Positions 1-11,538 of a DNA stretch of 64,000 nt are shown in pieces (the first letter of the stretch is position 1; each line of letters starts with the position of its first letter). Both the position numbers and the translations under genes were made by a program. Source of the stretch: an uncultured Clostridia bacterium (lineage in GTDB: Bacteria > Bacillota > Clostridia > TANB77 > CAG-508). Where the stretch lies: assembly GCA_944386725.1 (NCBI GenBank), contig CALXCE010000003.1, positions 26,106 to 90,105 of the forward strand. The letters are read 5' to 3'. The notes below the pieces were generated by a model. The model saw nothing but the letters and a program-made list of their open reading frames with translations. It ran no database searches and was not told where the DNA came from.

Positions 1-228
1 GATTTGCAATTTTTCATTTCCTACATCCACTTTCGTTACTACTAATTTGTCCGCATCTGGATGTTTTTTAATTTCTAAAATTTTTCCAACAATTACATTC
101 TTAATATCATTTCCTAATTGGTCTACGGTTTCTACTTTAGAACCTGTCATTGTTAAAATATCTCCTAATGTAACACTATCTACATCTATGTCACTGTATT
201 CTTTTAACCATTCTATACTTGCTTTCAT
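1..228 (-). CDS. pheT: phenylalanine--tRNA ligase beta subunit, N-terminal part (runs off window)
   Basis: Manual translation from ATG at 228: MKASIEWLKEYSDIDVDSVTLGDILTMTGSKVE...KHPDADKLVVTKVDVG; follows pheS. Confidence 0.95.
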   Translation of the reverse strand, partial: MKASIEWLKEYSDIDVDSVTLGDILTMTGSKVETVDQLGNDIKNVIVGKILEIKKHPDADKLVVTKVDVGNEKLQI

Positions 229-244
229 AAACTTTTTCTCCTTT

Positions 245-1264
245 TTAAAATTGTTTTAAGAATCTAACATCATTCTCAAATAATAATCTCATATCATCAA
301 TACCAAATTTTGCCATGGCAATTCTTTCTACTCCAAATCCAAAGGCAAATCCAGAATATTCCTCTGGGTCGATTCCACAATTTTTCAAGACATTGGGATG
401 AACCATTCCACATCCTAATAATTCAATCCAACCTTCGCCTTTACATACTTTGCATCCTTTTCCTCCACAAACAAAGCATGATACATCTGCTTCTGCACTT
501 GGCTCTGTAAATGGAAAATGATGTGGTCTGAATCTTATTTTGGTATTTTCTCCTAAACATTTCTTAGCAAACATTTCTAACGTTCCTTTTAAGTCTGTCA
601 TAGCAATATTTTTATCTACTACTAACCCTTCTATTTGATGAAATACTGGTGAATGAGTAGCATCTACACTATCTGAACGATATACTGTACCTGGGCAAAT
701 AATTTTAATTGGTGGTTTTTGATTTTCCATGACTCTTGCTTGCACAGGAGAAGTTTGACTTCTTAAAACAATATCTTCTGTGATATAAAAGGTGTCTTGT
801 AAATCTCTTGCTGGATGGTCTGGTGGGGTATTTAATTTATCAAAGTTATAAATTGCTTTTTCTACTTCTGGTCCATCTGCTATTTCGTATCCCATTCCTA
901 AAAATATTTCTTCTACTTCATCAATAATTTGAGTGATTGGATGTAACGATCCCAATTGTACTTTTTTACTTGGCTCTGTTATATCTATATTCTCAGTTTC
1001 TAATTTTTTTTCTAATTCTTTTCTTTTAAATTCCTTTTCTTTTTTCTGAATTAAGTTTTCTAGTTCATCTCTTACCTGATTTACGAAACTACCAATGGCA
1101 GGTCTTTCTTCAGGTGTTAAATTTCCCATTCCTCTTAATACTGCAGTTAGCTCTCCCTTTTTTCCTAAATACTTTACTTTTAAATCATTTAATTGCTTTT
1201 CATCTTTACAGTTATTAATCTCTTTCATTGAATTTTCTTTGATTTTTGCAATTTCTTCTTTCAT
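245..1264 (-). CDS. pheS: phenylalanine--tRNA ligase alpha subunit
   Basis: Motifs [44 protein letters not shown]; likely start ATG 1264 after AGAAAGGA (ORF track starts at 1303). Confidence 0.97.
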   Translation of the reverse strand: MKEEIAKIKENSMKEINNCKDEKQLNDLKVKYLGKKGELTAVLRGMGNLTPEERPAIGSFVNQVRDELENLIQKKEKEFKRKELEKKLETENIDITEPSKKVQLGSLHPITQIIDEVEEIFLGMGYEIADGPEVEKAIYNFDKLNTPPDHPARDLQDTFYITEDIVLRSQTSPVQARVMENQKPPIKIICPGTVYRSDSVDATHSPVFHQIEGLVVDKNIAMTDLKGTLEMFAKKCLGENTKIRFRPHHFPFTEPSAEADVSCFVCGGKGCKVCKGEGWIELLGCGMVHPNVLKNCGIDPEEYSGFAFGFGVERIAMAKFGIDDMRLLFENDVRFLKQF

Positions 1265-1323
1265 TTTCTTTCCATTCCTTTCTTTCTTAACAAATAAATC
1301 CAAATATCAATTATTTTTCAAAT

Positions 1324-1650
1324 CTAGTAGGGGCGATACGTTTTCGTAGCTTTATACTGACCATAACGTCTTTCTCCACTATATTGCTCTAATCTATTTT
1401 TATTTCCATTGTCTAACAATAATGTTTTTTTGAATTTCCTCCAAAGTTTTATTTTAATTCTATGAAAAAAGGTATTTTTATTTTCAAATTCAAAAGTAAT
1501 AATATACATTCCAAAATCATTTAAAGCCACACTAACCTTTACATTTTTATTAGAAAATTCCTTTTTGGTTTCCTCGATACTTTTTTGTACTTCTTCACTA
1601 CTATAAATTCTAGAATCTAGGTAATATTCTAAATTTTTATTTTGACTCAT
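1324..1650 (-). CDS. hypothetical protein (108 aa) between T-box and pheS
   Basis: ATG 1650 preceded by AAAAGGA; the longer ORF-track version runs through the T-box terminator and is unlikely. Confidence 0.65.
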   Translation of the reverse strand: MSQNKNLEYYLDSRIYSSEEVQKSIEETKKEFSNKNVKVSVALNDFGMYIITFEFENKNTFFHRIKIKLWRKFKKTLLLDNGNKNRLEQYSGERRYGQYKATKTYRPY

Positions 1651-1684
1651 TTTAACACATCCTTTTTTAGGTAAATCGCATAAT

Positions 1685-1930
1685 CTATAATAGCCACTTC
1701 GTCCGATTCTCTCTAGGACGAAATGGCTATCTTTCGTGGTACCACCTAAATTTATTAGTTTTTTTATTACTAACCTCATTTCGTTTTAACGGTTCGACCG
1801 CTTTTTCTTACTCTATTTCGTTTCGGAAAAAGACCTAAAAAGTGAAATTTCAATATATTTCCTATCAATGGCTTTCAGCCTTGACCATTTTCTCTTTCGA
1901 TAGGTTGCTAATATATCTACTTTGCTTTTT
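1685..1930 (-). promoter_or_regulatory. T-box riboswitch, Phe (UUC specifier)
   Basis: Minus strand has AGAGA and GGCTGAAAGCC stem I motifs, specifier UUC at 1844-1846, T-box AGGTGGTACCACG at about 1735-1747, and terminator ATAGCCATTTCGTCC...GGACGAAGTGGCTAT; lies upstream of pheST. Confidence 0.92.
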
Positions 1931-2082
1931 AATTGGTTTCGATTTACTTACTGATGAATATTTTAACATATCTTCTAATATTTTACAAGTATTTTTCTAA
2001 AATTAGTACAATAAACATTGTATATTTTTTTATTTGTGTTATAATATTATGGAAAGAATTCAATAAAGGAAGTGTATTCAAT

Positions 2083-3432
2083 ATGAAAAATAAAATTTTG
2101 ATTGGCATATTTTTAATTATCATTTTAATTGCAAACGTTTCTTTTGCTTCTTACAGCACGGTTACCATGGAAGTTGTAGAAGAACCAATTTGTACGATTG
2201 AGTTAACACAAAACTCAAAATTTGAAAAAAGGCTAATTAGTAAAGATTTAACCAATAAAGAAGTAACTTTACAATTACAAGTTACGAATGAAGAAGAATC
2301 CGAAAAACCAACAGGAGAAATTATACTAGTATTAGATAATTCTCTTAGTATGCAGGAAGAAACTTCTACTGGTAAAACCAGAAAAGATTTAATCTTTGAA
2401 TCTGCTAAAACTTTAGTTTCTAACCTTTTAAAAGATAACACTAAATTAAAAATTGGAATTGTTAGTTTTTCAACAAATACCGATATATCTAAAGAAGGAA
2501 CCATCGAAGATGCTAGTGTCATTTCAGCATTAAGTGACAATGCCAATACCTTGACAGATGCAATTTCCAACATAGATACCAATGGCCCTAGAACAAATTT
2601 GCAAGCAGGTCTTTTACTAGCAAGTCAACAATTTACAAAAACAGACAATAATAAATATATGATTGTTTTAACAGATGGTGTTCCTAATGTAGCCATTGAT
2701 TATGATAAAATCTATTACTCTGATGATGTGATTAATAAAACAAAACAACAATTACAAGCATTAGACAGTCAAGGAGTTAGGATTACTACTATGTTGACGG
2801 AAATAGAAGATGAATCCTCTATGCCAAATCCAAACCAAACCACTAATACCTTTGGTAAAATTATTACTGAGGTATTTGGTACACAAGATAATCCTACTGT
2901 TGGTAATTTCTATTATGTAACTGATTCTAAGATTGAAACAACCATCACAAATGATATTTATAATTCATTAGTACCTACTGCAAAAATATTAAAAGACATT
3001 ACCATTGTAGACTATTTTCCAGAAGAAATTATAAAGAATTTTGATTTTGCCTATGTTTCTAACAGCAATATCGGGACTATTTCTACTCAAATAAACACTA
3101 CAAATAATTCTATTACTTGGACAATCCCAGAACTTGCAAGTGGTCAAATAGCTACAGTCCAATATAAATTAAAATTAAAAGAAAATTTTGATAGTTCAAT
3201 TGTTGCTAAAATATTAAATACAAATGAAAAAGTTGATATTGATTATACCGATTTAGCTGGAGCAAAACAAACAAAAACATCAGATGTTTCACCAAAAATC
3301 AAGTTAACAGAACCACCAACAATGTTACCAAAAGCAGGTACACTTACATTAATTGGATTTACTGTTTTGGCTAGCGGATTGTTTATCTACTCTATAATAA
3401 AATTAATAGTTGTTAATAGAAAAATAAAATAA
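2083..3432 (+). CDS. secreted vWA-domain protein with DUF11-like Ig domain and LPKAG sortase-type anchor
   Basis: Signal peptide MKNKILIGIFLII..., MIDAS DNSLS and TDG, ITIVDYFP...ITWTIPEL, C-terminal LPKAG + hydrophobic helix + NRKIK; start ATG 2083. Confidence 0.8.
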   Translation: MKNKILIGIFLIIILIANVSFASYSTVTMEVVEEPICTIELTQNSKFEKRLISKDLTNKEVTLQLQVTNEEESEKPTGEIILVLDNSLSMQEETSTGKTRKDLIFESAKTLVSNLLKDNTKLKIGIVSFSTNTDISKEGTIEDASVISALSDNANTLTDAISNIDTNGPRTNLQAGLLLASQQFTKTDNNKYMIVLTDGVPNVAIDYDKIYYSDDVINKTKQQLQALDSQGVRITTMLTEIEDESSMPNPNQTTNTFGKIITEVFGTQDNPTVGNFYYVTDSKIETTITNDIYNSLVPTAKILKDITIVDYFPEEIIKNFDFAYVSNSNIGTISTQINTTNNSITWTIPELASGQIATVQYKLKLKENFDSSIVAKILNTNEKVDIDYTDLAGAKQTKTSDVSPKIKLTEPPTMLPKAGTLTLIGFTVLASGLFIYSIIKLIVVNRKIK

Positions 3433-3500
3433 CTAGATAAAAAAGAATAAAATTTAAAAAATGCATAATTAAGCTAATTTCTAAATTTTATTCTTTTCTT

Positions 3501-4775
3501 TTATTTTAAAGTATCTAATTGTGATTCAATTTTTAAAAGTCGATTATATTTAGCTACTCTATCAATCCTACAAGGTGCTCCTGTTTTTATTTGTCCACCA
3601 TTGACTCCAACTGCTATATCCGAAATTGTTGTATCATCTGTTTCTCCAGAACGGTGTGAAATAACTGTTTTATAACCATTACTTTTAGCTATATAAATAG
3701 TATCTAATGTTTCGGTTAAAGTTCCAATTTGATTTGGCTTGATTAAAATAGCATTTGCAATATTTTTTTCTATTCCATTTCTTAATCGCTTTGGATTGGT
3801 CACAAATAAGTCATCTCCTACTAATTGCACTTTATCTCCTATCTTACTTGTTAATTCTTTCCAACTTTCCCAATCTTCTTCTGCCAATCCATCCTCCACA
3901 GAAACAATTGGATATTTTTCACACAAATCAATAACATATTGTATCATTTCTTGTTTCGTTTTTAATTGTTCCGTTTTCCAAAAATAATAACCTTCTTTTC
4001 CAATTTTTTGAGCCTCGTCGTACATCTCTGTACTGGCAATATCTAAGGCTAATACCATATCTTTTCCTGGTTCATATCTCGCTTTTTTTATGGCTTCTAA
4101 GATTAGGTCTAACGCTTGTTCTTCATTTTCTAGATTAGGAGCAAATCCTCCTTCATCTCCAACCCCTACTGCATATCCCTTTTCTTTTAAAACCTTTTTT
4201 AGTGTATGATATACTTCGACTCCTCTTTTTAATCTTTCTTGAAAGGTTATTTCTCCAATTGGCATTATCATAAATTCTTGAATACTTATATTGTTTTCCG
4301 AATGTTTACCACCATTTAAAATGTTCATCATAGGTACTGGCAATTCTTTTGCTTGAATACCTCCAATATATTGATATAATTCCATATTCAAGGACTCAGC
4401 TGCCGCCTTTGCCACAGCTAACGATACTCCTAGTAAACTATTCGCACCTAAATTTGATTTATTCGGTGTATCATCCAATTTTACTAATTCTTGATCAATT
4501 TTTCTTTGTTCATATACATTCATTCCTATTATCTTTTTACTTATTTTCTTATTTACATTTTCTACTGCTTTTTGAACGCCTTTTCCAAAATATCTAGATT
4601 TATCTCCATCTCGTAACTCAACTGCTTCAAAGCTTCCTGTAGATGCTCCTGATGGTACAGAAGCAATTCCTCGAAATCCACCATCTGTCACTACTTCTAC
4701 TTGAATGGTTGGATTTCCTCTTGAGTCTAAAATTTCTAAGGCTTGCACATCTACAATTTCTAAAAAATCTTTCAT
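3501..4775 (-). CDS. eno: enolase
   Basis: [38 protein letters not shown]. Confidence 0.98.
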   Translation of the reverse strand: MKDFLEIVDVQALEILDSRGNPTIQVEVVTDGGFRGIASVPSGASTGSFEAVELRDGDKSRYFGKGVQKAVENVNKKISKKIIGMNVYEQRKIDQELVKLDDTPNKSNLGANSLLGVSLAVAKAAAESLNMELYQYIGGIQAKELPVPMMNILNGGKHSENNISIQEFMIMPIGEITFQERLKRGVEVYHTLKKVLKEKGYAVGVGDEGGFAPNLENEEQALDLILEAIKKARYEPGKDMVLALDIASTEMYDEAQKIGKEGYYFWKTEQLKTKQEMIQYVIDLCEKYPIVSVEDGLAEEDWESWKELTSKIGDKVQLVGDDLFVTNPKRLRNGIEKNIANAILIKPNQIGTLTETLDTIYIAKSNGYKTVISHRSGETDDTTISDIAVGVNGGQIKTGAPCRIDRVAKYNRLLKIESQLDTLK

Positions 4776-4823
4776 TTACTTTCCACTCCTTTTTCTTTTC
4801 TATTTTATCCATTTTTTTCTAGT

Positions 4824-6458
4824 TTATGCAGAAGCTTTCTTATTTCTTAACTCATTTGCATATTGTAAACTTACCTCATTAATTTCCCCCGATGAAATTC
4901 TTGCAATCTCTTCAATTACTTCTTTCTCTTGTAATAATTTCACTTGTGTTTTTGTTCTTTCTTGATATATTTCTTTACTAATAAAATAATTATAATCAGC
5001 CATGGCTGCTATATTAGGTAAGTGCGAAATACACATAACTTGATGGCTACTTGCAATTCTTTTTAATTTATTTGCCACTGAATTAGCTGCTTTTCCACTA
5101 ATTCCTGTATCAATCTCGTCAAATACAAGTACAGGTATTTTATCTGTATCTGCTAATACCTTTTTGATGGCAAGCATGGTTCTTGACATTTCTCCTCCAG
5201 ATGCTATTTTTGATAGTTCCTTTTCTTCCTCTCCCTTATTAGTTGTAATGTAAAATGTAACATTATTTTTTCCTGTTTTTAAATATTCATTTTCTAAATA
5301 AGTAACTTTTACATTTATTTTAGCATTTCTCATCTCTAGTTCTTCTAATTCCTGATTAATTCTTTGGCTTAGAACTTGCGCATTTTTACTTCTTATCTCA
5401 TGCATTTCATCTGCCAATAATTTCATTTGTTCTTCTATCTCTTTTTGTTTTTTTCTTAGCTTTGCATTATATTCTTCTAAATTTTCTATATGTTCTACTT
5501 CTTCTTTGATGCTTTCTTTATATTTCAAAATTTCTTCTACTGTATTTCCATATTTTCTTTTTAAAGAATAGATTAAATCTAGTCTTTCTTCTATAAAATC
5601 CCTTTCTTCTTCATTGAAATCCATATTACCTTTATAACTATTGACATCCCTTGCTAATTCTTGTAGTTCATAATAAATGTTTTTTAATTCATTAGAAGCT
5701 TTCTCATATTTGCTGTCAATTTGCTCAATTTTCTCTAAGGCTCGAATTGCCATACTAATACTATCAATCCCATTTTCTGATATTAAGGTATCCGCTTCTT
5801 GTAAATTTTCTGTTATTTTCTCTGCATTTACTATCATTTTTCTTTTTTCTTCTAATTTTTCTTCTTCACTTACTTTTAAATTAGCTTCTTCTATTTCTTT
5901 GATTTGATATTGCAATAAATCTAATTTTCTTTGCCTTTCTTTTTCATCTCCGAAATTGTTTTTTAACTCTTGTTTCACTTCACCATATTGTTCATATAAT
6001 TCTATATATTTTTGCTTTTTATCTAAGATTTTTTCTCCTATAAATCCGTCTAAATAATTTAAATGCATTTTATTTTCTAACAAGTTTTGATTGTCATTTT
6101 GTCCATGTATTTCAATAAATTGACTCATAAATTCTTTTAGTTCATTAACGGTTACCATTCTTCCGTTAATTTTGCACATATTTTTACCATTTAAACTAAT
6201 CTCCCTAGATACGATAATATTTCCATCCATTGCATTCTCATTCTTTGGCTCATACATACATAATTCTACAAAAGAATGATTCTCTCCTTTTCGAATCATT
6301 TCTTTTGAAAATCTACCTCCTGATATAATTTGTAAGGAGTCTATAATTAATGTTTTTCCTGCGCCTGTTTCTCCTGTTAAAACATTTAATCCATGATTAA
6401 AGTCGATGGTTATATCTTCTATGATTCCTATGTTTTTTATGTGTAGTGTTGTTATCAT
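4824..6458 (-). CDS. recN: DNA repair protein RecN
   Basis: LTGETGAGKT Walker A, coiled coil, ASGGEMSR, VFDEIDTGISG. Confidence 0.97.
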   Translation of the reverse strand: MITTLHIKNIGIIEDITIDFNHGLNVLTGETGAGKTLIIDSLQIISGGRFSKEMIRKGENHSFVELCMYEPKNENAMDGNIIVSREISLNGKNMCKINGRMVTVNELKEFMSQFIEIHGQNDNQNLLENKMHLNYLDGFIGEKILDKKQKYIELYEQYGEVKQELKNNFGDEKERQRKLDLLQYQIKEIEEANLKVSEEEKLEEKRKMIVNAEKITENLQEADTLISENGIDSISMAIRALEKIEQIDSKYEKASNELKNIYYELQELARDVNSYKGNMDFNEEERDFIEERLDLIYSLKRKYGNTVEEILKYKESIKEEVEHIENLEEYNAKLRKKQKEIEEQMKLLADEMHEIRSKNAQVLSQRINQELEELEMRNAKINVKVTYLENEYLKTGKNNVTFYITTNKGEEEKELSKIASGGEMSRTMLAIKKVLADTDKIPVLVFDEIDTGISGKAANSVANKLKRIASSHQVMCISHLPNIAAMADYNYFISKEIYQERTKTQVKLLQEKEVIEEIARISSGEINEVSLQYANELRNKKASA

Positions 6459-6491
6459 TTTTGTACCTCCACTAAAAAAATGTTCGCCTTT

Positions 6492-6520
6492 ATTGTATCT
6501 TCAATTTTTAAAATTGTCAA
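6492..6520 (-). promoter_or_regulatory. sigmaA-type promoter for recN
   Basis: TTGACA-17 nt-TACAAT on minus strand. Confidence 0.7.
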
Positions 6521-6552
6521 TACTTTTTACGAACATTTTTTCTTTTTTGTCT

Positions 6553-7704
6553 TTAAACAAATTCTTCCGACACCAAATTAGCCAAATCAATTCCTTTATT
6601 CGTTAATCGAATAAAATCGCCATCGATTTCTAATAAATTTTCCTCAACTAATTTTTTCAGCTCTTTTCTAAATAAAAAAATAGGATTATCCATATATTTT
6701 TCTTTAAATTTTTGTATGCTCACTCCATCAATTTTTCTTAATCCTAATAACATATATTCTTTTTTCTTATCTTCTAAAGTTTGTTCTTCTTCTATGGTCA
6801 CATTTTTTTGATTGTTTGCGTTATTCATGTTTTCTATATATTCTTCCATCTTAGATGTATTAGAAAATCGAACATGATTTATATAAGAATGAGCTGCTAC
6901 ACCTAATCCTATATATTCTTTTTGCTCCCAACAATTCATATTATGTTTTGATTCTTTTCCTTTTTTCGCAAAGTTAGATATCTCATAATGATGATATCCA
7001 TTTAATTCTAATGTATTTTTCACATACCAATACATTTGCCTTTCTAGTTCTTCCTCTGGTAATTGTAATTTACCACTATTAATTTGTTCTTCTATTTTCG
7101 TTCCTTCTTCTACGATTAAAGAATATACACTCACATGATTTGGGTTCAATCTTTTTATTTCTTCCAAGGTCTGCTTAATATCTTGAATCGTCTGATTTGG
7201 TAATCCTATCATCAAATCAATATTAATATTTTCAAACCCAATTTCTTTCACCAATTCATAAGCCTCTAAAAACTGCCTATAATTATGAATTCTTCCTATC
7301 TGCTTTAACAAATCATCATTGGTACTTTGTAAACCAATACTAATTCGATTTACTCCTGACTCTTGATATTGTTCTAGTTTTTCCTTGGTAATCGTTCCTG
7401 GGTTAATTTCTATGGTAATTTCCATATCTTCCAATTTTGTTTCATTATTTAGTAACTTTCTTTTTAATTCTTGTAATAGTTGCTTGATATATTTTCCATC
7501 GATAAAAGAAGGGGTTCCTCCCCCTATATAAATCGTTGTAACATTGTAGTTGCTCAAATCATATTGTTTCATTTCTTCCATAACTTTTTGTATATATTCT
7601 TCTATTTGACTACATTTATTGGTATAAGATATAAAATCACAATAATAACATTTGCTTTTGCAAAATGGTATATGGATATAAATCCCTAATTCCTTATTCT
7701 TCAT
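6553..7704 (-). CDS. hemW: radical SAM heme chaperone HemW (HemN family)
   Basis: YIHIPFCKSKCYYCDF, YIGGGTPS, YEISNF. Confidence 0.92.
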   Translation of the reverse strand: MKNKELGIYIHIPFCKSKCYYCDFISYTNKCSQIEEYIQKVMEEMKQYDLSNYNVTTIYIGGGTPSFIDGKYIKQLLQELKRKLLNNETKLEDMEITIEINPGTITKEKLEQYQESGVNRISIGLQSTNDDLLKQIGRIHNYRQFLEAYELVKEIGFENINIDLMIGLPNQTIQDIKQTLEEIKRLNPNHVSVYSLIVEEGTKIEEQINSGKLQLPEEELERQMYWYVKNTLELNGYHHYEISNFAKKGKESKHNMNCWEQKEYIGLGVAAHSYINHVRFSNTSKMEEYIENMNNANNQKNVTIEEEQTLEDKKKEYMLLGLRKIDGVSIQKFKEKYMDNPIFLFRKELKKLVEENLLEIDGDFIRLTNKGIDLANLVSEEFV

Positions 7705-8554
7705 CTGCTATCTCCATTATTTTTTTTAATCGATAATTAACTCCTGATTTTCCTACTGGTTCTTTTAGTAATTTTCCTAATTCAATAAGTGGCATATCTG
7801 GATTTTCTAATCGCAATATCGCTATCTCTTTCAATTTATCGTCTAATTTTTTAAATTTTCCTGTTTCTTGCAACTTTTTGATGGCTGCAATTTGCTGTAT
7901 AGAAGCATTAATTGTTTTGTTTAGATTTGCTGTTTCACAGTTTACTAATCGATTGACTTTTCCTCTCATTTCTTTTTGAATTCTAATATCTTCAAATTGC
8001 ATAACTGCCTTATTTGCTCCTATTAGAGCTAAGAATTTTGATATTTCTTCTCCTTCTTTCATATAAATAGAGAATTGAAAAGTTTTTACACGAATTCCCA
8101 ATCGCTGTAATATTTTAACCATCTCTTCTAAGTTTTTCTCATTACTCAAGTCTACTTCTAAATGATATTCTTTTTCTGGATTATTAACAGAACCTGAGCC
8201 CATAAAAGCTCCTCGGATAATGGCTTTCATATTTTCCTCTTTTAAATCTTTTTCGACTGGCAAATAGATTTGTCTATTTTGCATTGAAACAAAGTCAATA
8301 TCTCTTATTTTCACTGTAATGATAAATGATTTTCCTGATATATCTATTTTGTGATTGATATTTAAATTTGATAATAGCTTGGAAAATCGGTTAATATTAT
8401 AATCGCTTTCTGTTGAAAATTTGATTTCTCTGCTATTTACTATGTTGGTATTTCCAGATATAAGATATCCTATTAATTCATTTTTTACAATTTCTTTATT
8501 GGATAAATTACTATTTTTATTTAATTCTTGTTTTATATCAGATGAAAAAGACAT
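7694..8554 (-). CDS. whiA: DNA-binding protein WhiA
   Basis: IRGAFMGSGSVNNP, VNRLVNCETANLNKT, KSGVNYRL. Confidence 0.95.
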   Translation of the reverse strand: MSFSSDIKQELNKNSNLSNKEIVKNELIGYLISGNTNIVNSREIKFSTESDYNINRFSKLLSNLNINHKIDISGKSFIITVKIRDIDFVSMQNRQIYLPVEKDLKEENMKAIIRGAFMGSGSVNNPEKEYHLEVDLSNEKNLEEMVKILQRLGIRVKTFQFSIYMKEGEEISKFLALIGANKAVMQFEDIRIQKEMRGKVNRLVNCETANLNKTINASIQQIAAIKKLQETGKFKKLDDKLKEIAILRLENPDMPLIELGKLLKEPVGKSGVNYRLKKIMEIADEE

Positions 8555-8589
8555 AAATTCCTCCTAAATTAAATTCATTATTTTTTAAT

Positions 8590-9435
8590 CTAACTAATTT
8601 TAGTAACAACAACCCTATCATTCCCATATAGATCCTTTTTAGCATAAGTATCAACATATTTTTCTTCTTTTTCAATCAGTTCAATAACATCTATTTTTTG
8701 GTCATATCCAATTTCTAAGCATAAATATCCTTTATACTTTAAAAATTCATATGCCTGATGAATTATTTTTCGATAAAAATCCAACCCATCGTATCCTCCA
8801 TCTAAAGCAATATGAGGCTCTTCTTGTACTTCTCTATCTAACATTTTTATGATTTCTTTTTTGATATATGGTGGATTGGACACAATGATATCGTATTTTT
8901 CTTTTGGCAAATCTTCAAATAGGTCAGATGGAAGAAAAGCAATTTGCTTATCTACGCCATTATTTTTGGCGTTTATTTCTGCTATGGTTAGAGCATCTTC
9001 ACTGATATCAGTAGCTGTGATTTGGCTACCTTCTATATATTTAGCAAGTGACACTGCTATCGCCCCACTGCCTGTACACAAATCTAAAATTTTTTTGGCA
9101 TTTATTTTTTTGGCAATTTGAATGACTTCTTCTACTAAAACTTCTGTGTCTGGTCTTGGTATTAATACATCTTGGTTTACATAGAAGTTCATTTTCATGA
9201 ATTCTTGCTGGTGTGTAATATGTTGCAAAGGAATGCCTTTAATTAGCTTTTCAATTGCTTTGAAATATTTTTCTTCCTGTGCTTGTGTAAGCTTTTTCTC
9301 GTCATATACCATTAAGTATTGTCTTTTTTGATTTAATATAAATTGCATGAGTAGTCTCGCTTTTAGTTTTGGACTGTCAATTTTGTTTATTTTTAGCTGT
9401 ATGCTTGCTTTATTCATTGCTTCTCTAATTGTCAT
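8590..9435 (-). CDS. prmC: release factor glutamine methyltransferase
   Basis: VLIPRPDTE, LDLCTGSGAI, IVSNPPYI. Confidence 0.95.
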   Translation of the reverse strand: MTIREAMNKASIQLKINKIDSPKLKARLLMQFILNQKRQYLMVYDEKKLTQAQEEKYFKAIEKLIKGIPLQHITHQQEFMKMNFYVNQDVLIPRPDTEVLVEEVIQIAKKINAKKILDLCTGSGAIAVSLAKYIEGSQITATDISEDALTIAEINAKNNGVDKQIAFLPSDLFEDLPKEKYDIIVSNPPYIKKEIIKMLDREVQEEPHIALDGGYDGLDFYRKIIHQAYEFLKYKGYLCLEIGYDQKIDVIELIEKEEKYVDTYAKKDLYGNDRVVVTKIS

Positions 9436-9586
9436 ATTCACACCTACTTTCTTTTCTTTTTGTTTTTAACATCATACCATAAATACCTTTAATTTACAAC
9501 GAATTACAAATTTAAGTTTCGGTTTTTTTCATCATGTGATGCCAGCACTTGGGGTGAAGATGGTTAAATTTTTAAAATCACAAAAA

Positions 9587-9616
9587 TAACCCTAATCATT
9601 TTTAAGATTAGAGTTA
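9587..9616 (-). terminator. probable intrinsic terminator after ftsH
   Basis: Hairpin TAACTCTAATC-TTAAAAAT-GATTAGGGTTA followed by TTTTTG on minus strand. Confidence 0.55.
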
Positions 9617-9639
9617 CTGTTATCTCTATATATTTAATA

Positions 9640-9687
9640 GATGTGTCCCAAATTGCACAAAAATGTGAAAAAAGAAACGTCCCCAAT
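9640..9687. repeat. REP-like element, subtype A
   Basis: 48 bp GATGTGTCCCAAATTGCACAAAAATGTGAAAAAAGAAACGTCCCCAAT, exact reverse complement of 14934-14981; a few nt past the ftsH stop. Confidence 0.85.
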
Positions 9688-9692
9688 GCACC

Positions 9693-11486
9693 TTAGTTGA
9701 AAAACTTTTTAAAGTCTTCTTCATTTATTTTCTCTTTTGCAAGTAAAGTTTCAGCAATGCTATCTAATTTATCTCTATGTTGTTGTAATAAGCTTATAGC
9801 ATCACAATAAGCAGTATCAATAAGTTTTTTTACTTCTTGTCCTATTTTATCTCCGATGTCTTCTCCAAACATTTGCATTTCATATGGTTCTTTTCCTTGG
9901 AAATCAATTGGTCCTAGCGTATCACTCATTCCATATTTGGTTACCATATCTCTTGCTATTTTAGTTGCTACTTCAATGTCATTGCTTGCTCCTGTTGAAA
10001 TATCATCTAATACTAATTTTTCTGCAGCTCTTCCTCCCAATAAAGCAATTAACTTTTCTTGCATTTCTGTCTTGGATATATAGTATTTATCTTCATCTGA
10101 TTTATACATAGTATATCCGCCAGCTACTCCTCTTGGAATAATGGACACTTCTTTTACGTCAGTTTGTGTTGGTAAATACCTACTTACTACAGCGTGTCCA
10201 GCTTCGTGATAAGCAGTTAGTTTTTTATCTTTTTCGGAATAAACTCTGGTTCGCTTTTCTAATCCTACTGTTACCTTTTTTACTGCTTCTTCAATATCAT
10301 TATTTTCAATGTCCTCATGCTTATTTTTGGTTGCTATAATAGCTGCTTCGTTTAAGATATTAGCAAGTTCTGCTCCTGTAAATCCTGCGGTATCTTCTGC
10401 TATACTTTCTAAATTCACATCATCTGATATTCTTTTATCTGCTGAGTGTATTTTTAGAATTTCTAATCTTCCTTTTAAATCTGGCGTCGGAATGGTTATT
10501 TGTCTATCAAATCTTCCTGGTCGAAGCAACGCTTTATCTAACATTTCTGGTCGGTTAGTTGCTGCTAAGACAATAATAGTTTCTTCGGAACTAAATCCGT
10601 CCATTTCCACTAATAATTGATTTAAAGTTTGATTATTTTCGGTTTCCGCTCCACTATTAGAACTTCTTCTTGAACCAATTGCATCAATTTCATCAATAAA
10701 TACAATACATGGTGCTAATTTTCTTGCTTTTTCAAATAATTTTCTAACACGAGAAGCACCAAGTCCTGCAAACATTTCAATAAATTCAGATCCACTCATA
10801 GAAATAAAAGGTACGTCTGCTTCACCTGCAATTGCCTTAGCAATTAATGTTTTACCTGTTCCTGGTTTCCCATATAATAAAACACCTTTTGGGATTTTTG
10901 CTCCCATTCTCGTAAATTTTTCTGGCTTCTTTAAGAATTCTACAATTTCAACTAACTCTTCTTTTTCTTCATCTAGTCCTGCTACATCATCAAATTTTAC
11001 TTTCGTTTTTCTTTCTGTGTCATCATATACTTTTCCTTTTTCTCCTAACCCTTGCATTTTAAATATCATGATAAATAAGGCAAGCATAATTATAGTTGGC
11101 AAGAAAGATACGATATAAGATGGAATTTGTGTTAAAATATTTTTTTGTTTTTGTACTAATTCAATTTCATTTCCTTCTGCTACTTTTTCTTGTACTAATC
11201 CAATAAAACTTTCTGTATCAGGAACAATAGAAGTCTTTTCTTCTTCTACATTTTTTTGCTTTACTTTAACCGTTGTACTACCAACTGTCATTTCGATTTT
11301 TTCTATATTCCCATAAGATATTTCTTTAATTAAATCAGTATAAGCTAATGTTGTTTCGTCTTCTTTATCTTTATTATTTAGATAGAATATACTTAATCCT
11401 ACTAATAAAATTACTAACACTACTAAACTAACGAGATATATCCAAAGTTTTGTGTTTTTTTGCTTATCATCTCTTTTTTTGCTCAT
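9693..11486 (-). CDS. ftsH: ATP-dependent zinc metalloprotease FtsH
   Basis: Two TM segments, [31 protein letters not shown]. Confidence 0.98.
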   Translation of the reverse strand: MSKKRDDKQKNTKLWIYLVSLVVLVILLVGLSIFYLNNKDKEDETTLAYTDLIKEISYGNIEKIEMTVGSTTVKVKQKNVEEEKTSIVPDTESFIGLVQEKVAEGNEIELVQKQKNILTQIPSYIVSFLPTIIMLALFIMIFKMQGLGEKGKVYDDTERKTKVKFDDVAGLDEEKEELVEIVEFLKKPEKFTRMGAKIPKGVLLYGKPGTGKTLIAKAIAGEADVPFISMSGSEFIEMFAGLGASRVRKLFEKARKLAPCIVFIDEIDAIGSRRSSNSGAETENNQTLNQLLVEMDGFSSEETIIVLAATNRPEMLDKALLRPGRFDRQITIPTPDLKGRLEILKIHSADKRISDDVNLESIAEDTAGFTGAELANILNEAAIIATKNKHEDIENNDIEEAVKKVTVGLEKRTRVYSEKDKKLTAYHEAGHAVVSRYLPTQTDVKEVSIIPRGVAGGYTMYKSDEDKYYISKTEMQEKLIALLGGRAAEKLVLDDISTGASNDIEVATKIARDMVTKYGMSDTLGPIDFQGKEPYEMQMFGEDIGDKIGQEVKKLIDTAYCDAISLLQQHRDKLDSIAETLLAKEKINEEDFKKFFN

Positions 11487-11538
11487 TTTTATTCTTCCTT
11501 TCTTTTTGTTTACTTAAATTATCCTAAGAAAAACAACC

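Noticed and set aside
1650-2082. Long versions of ORFs 1324..1779 and 1933..3432
   Set aside because: The extensions cover the T-box terminator and promoter DNA; better starts are at 1650 and 2083
9520-9580. GC-richer patch upstream of prmC as a riboswitch
   Set aside because: No recognisable aptamer motif or convincing structure
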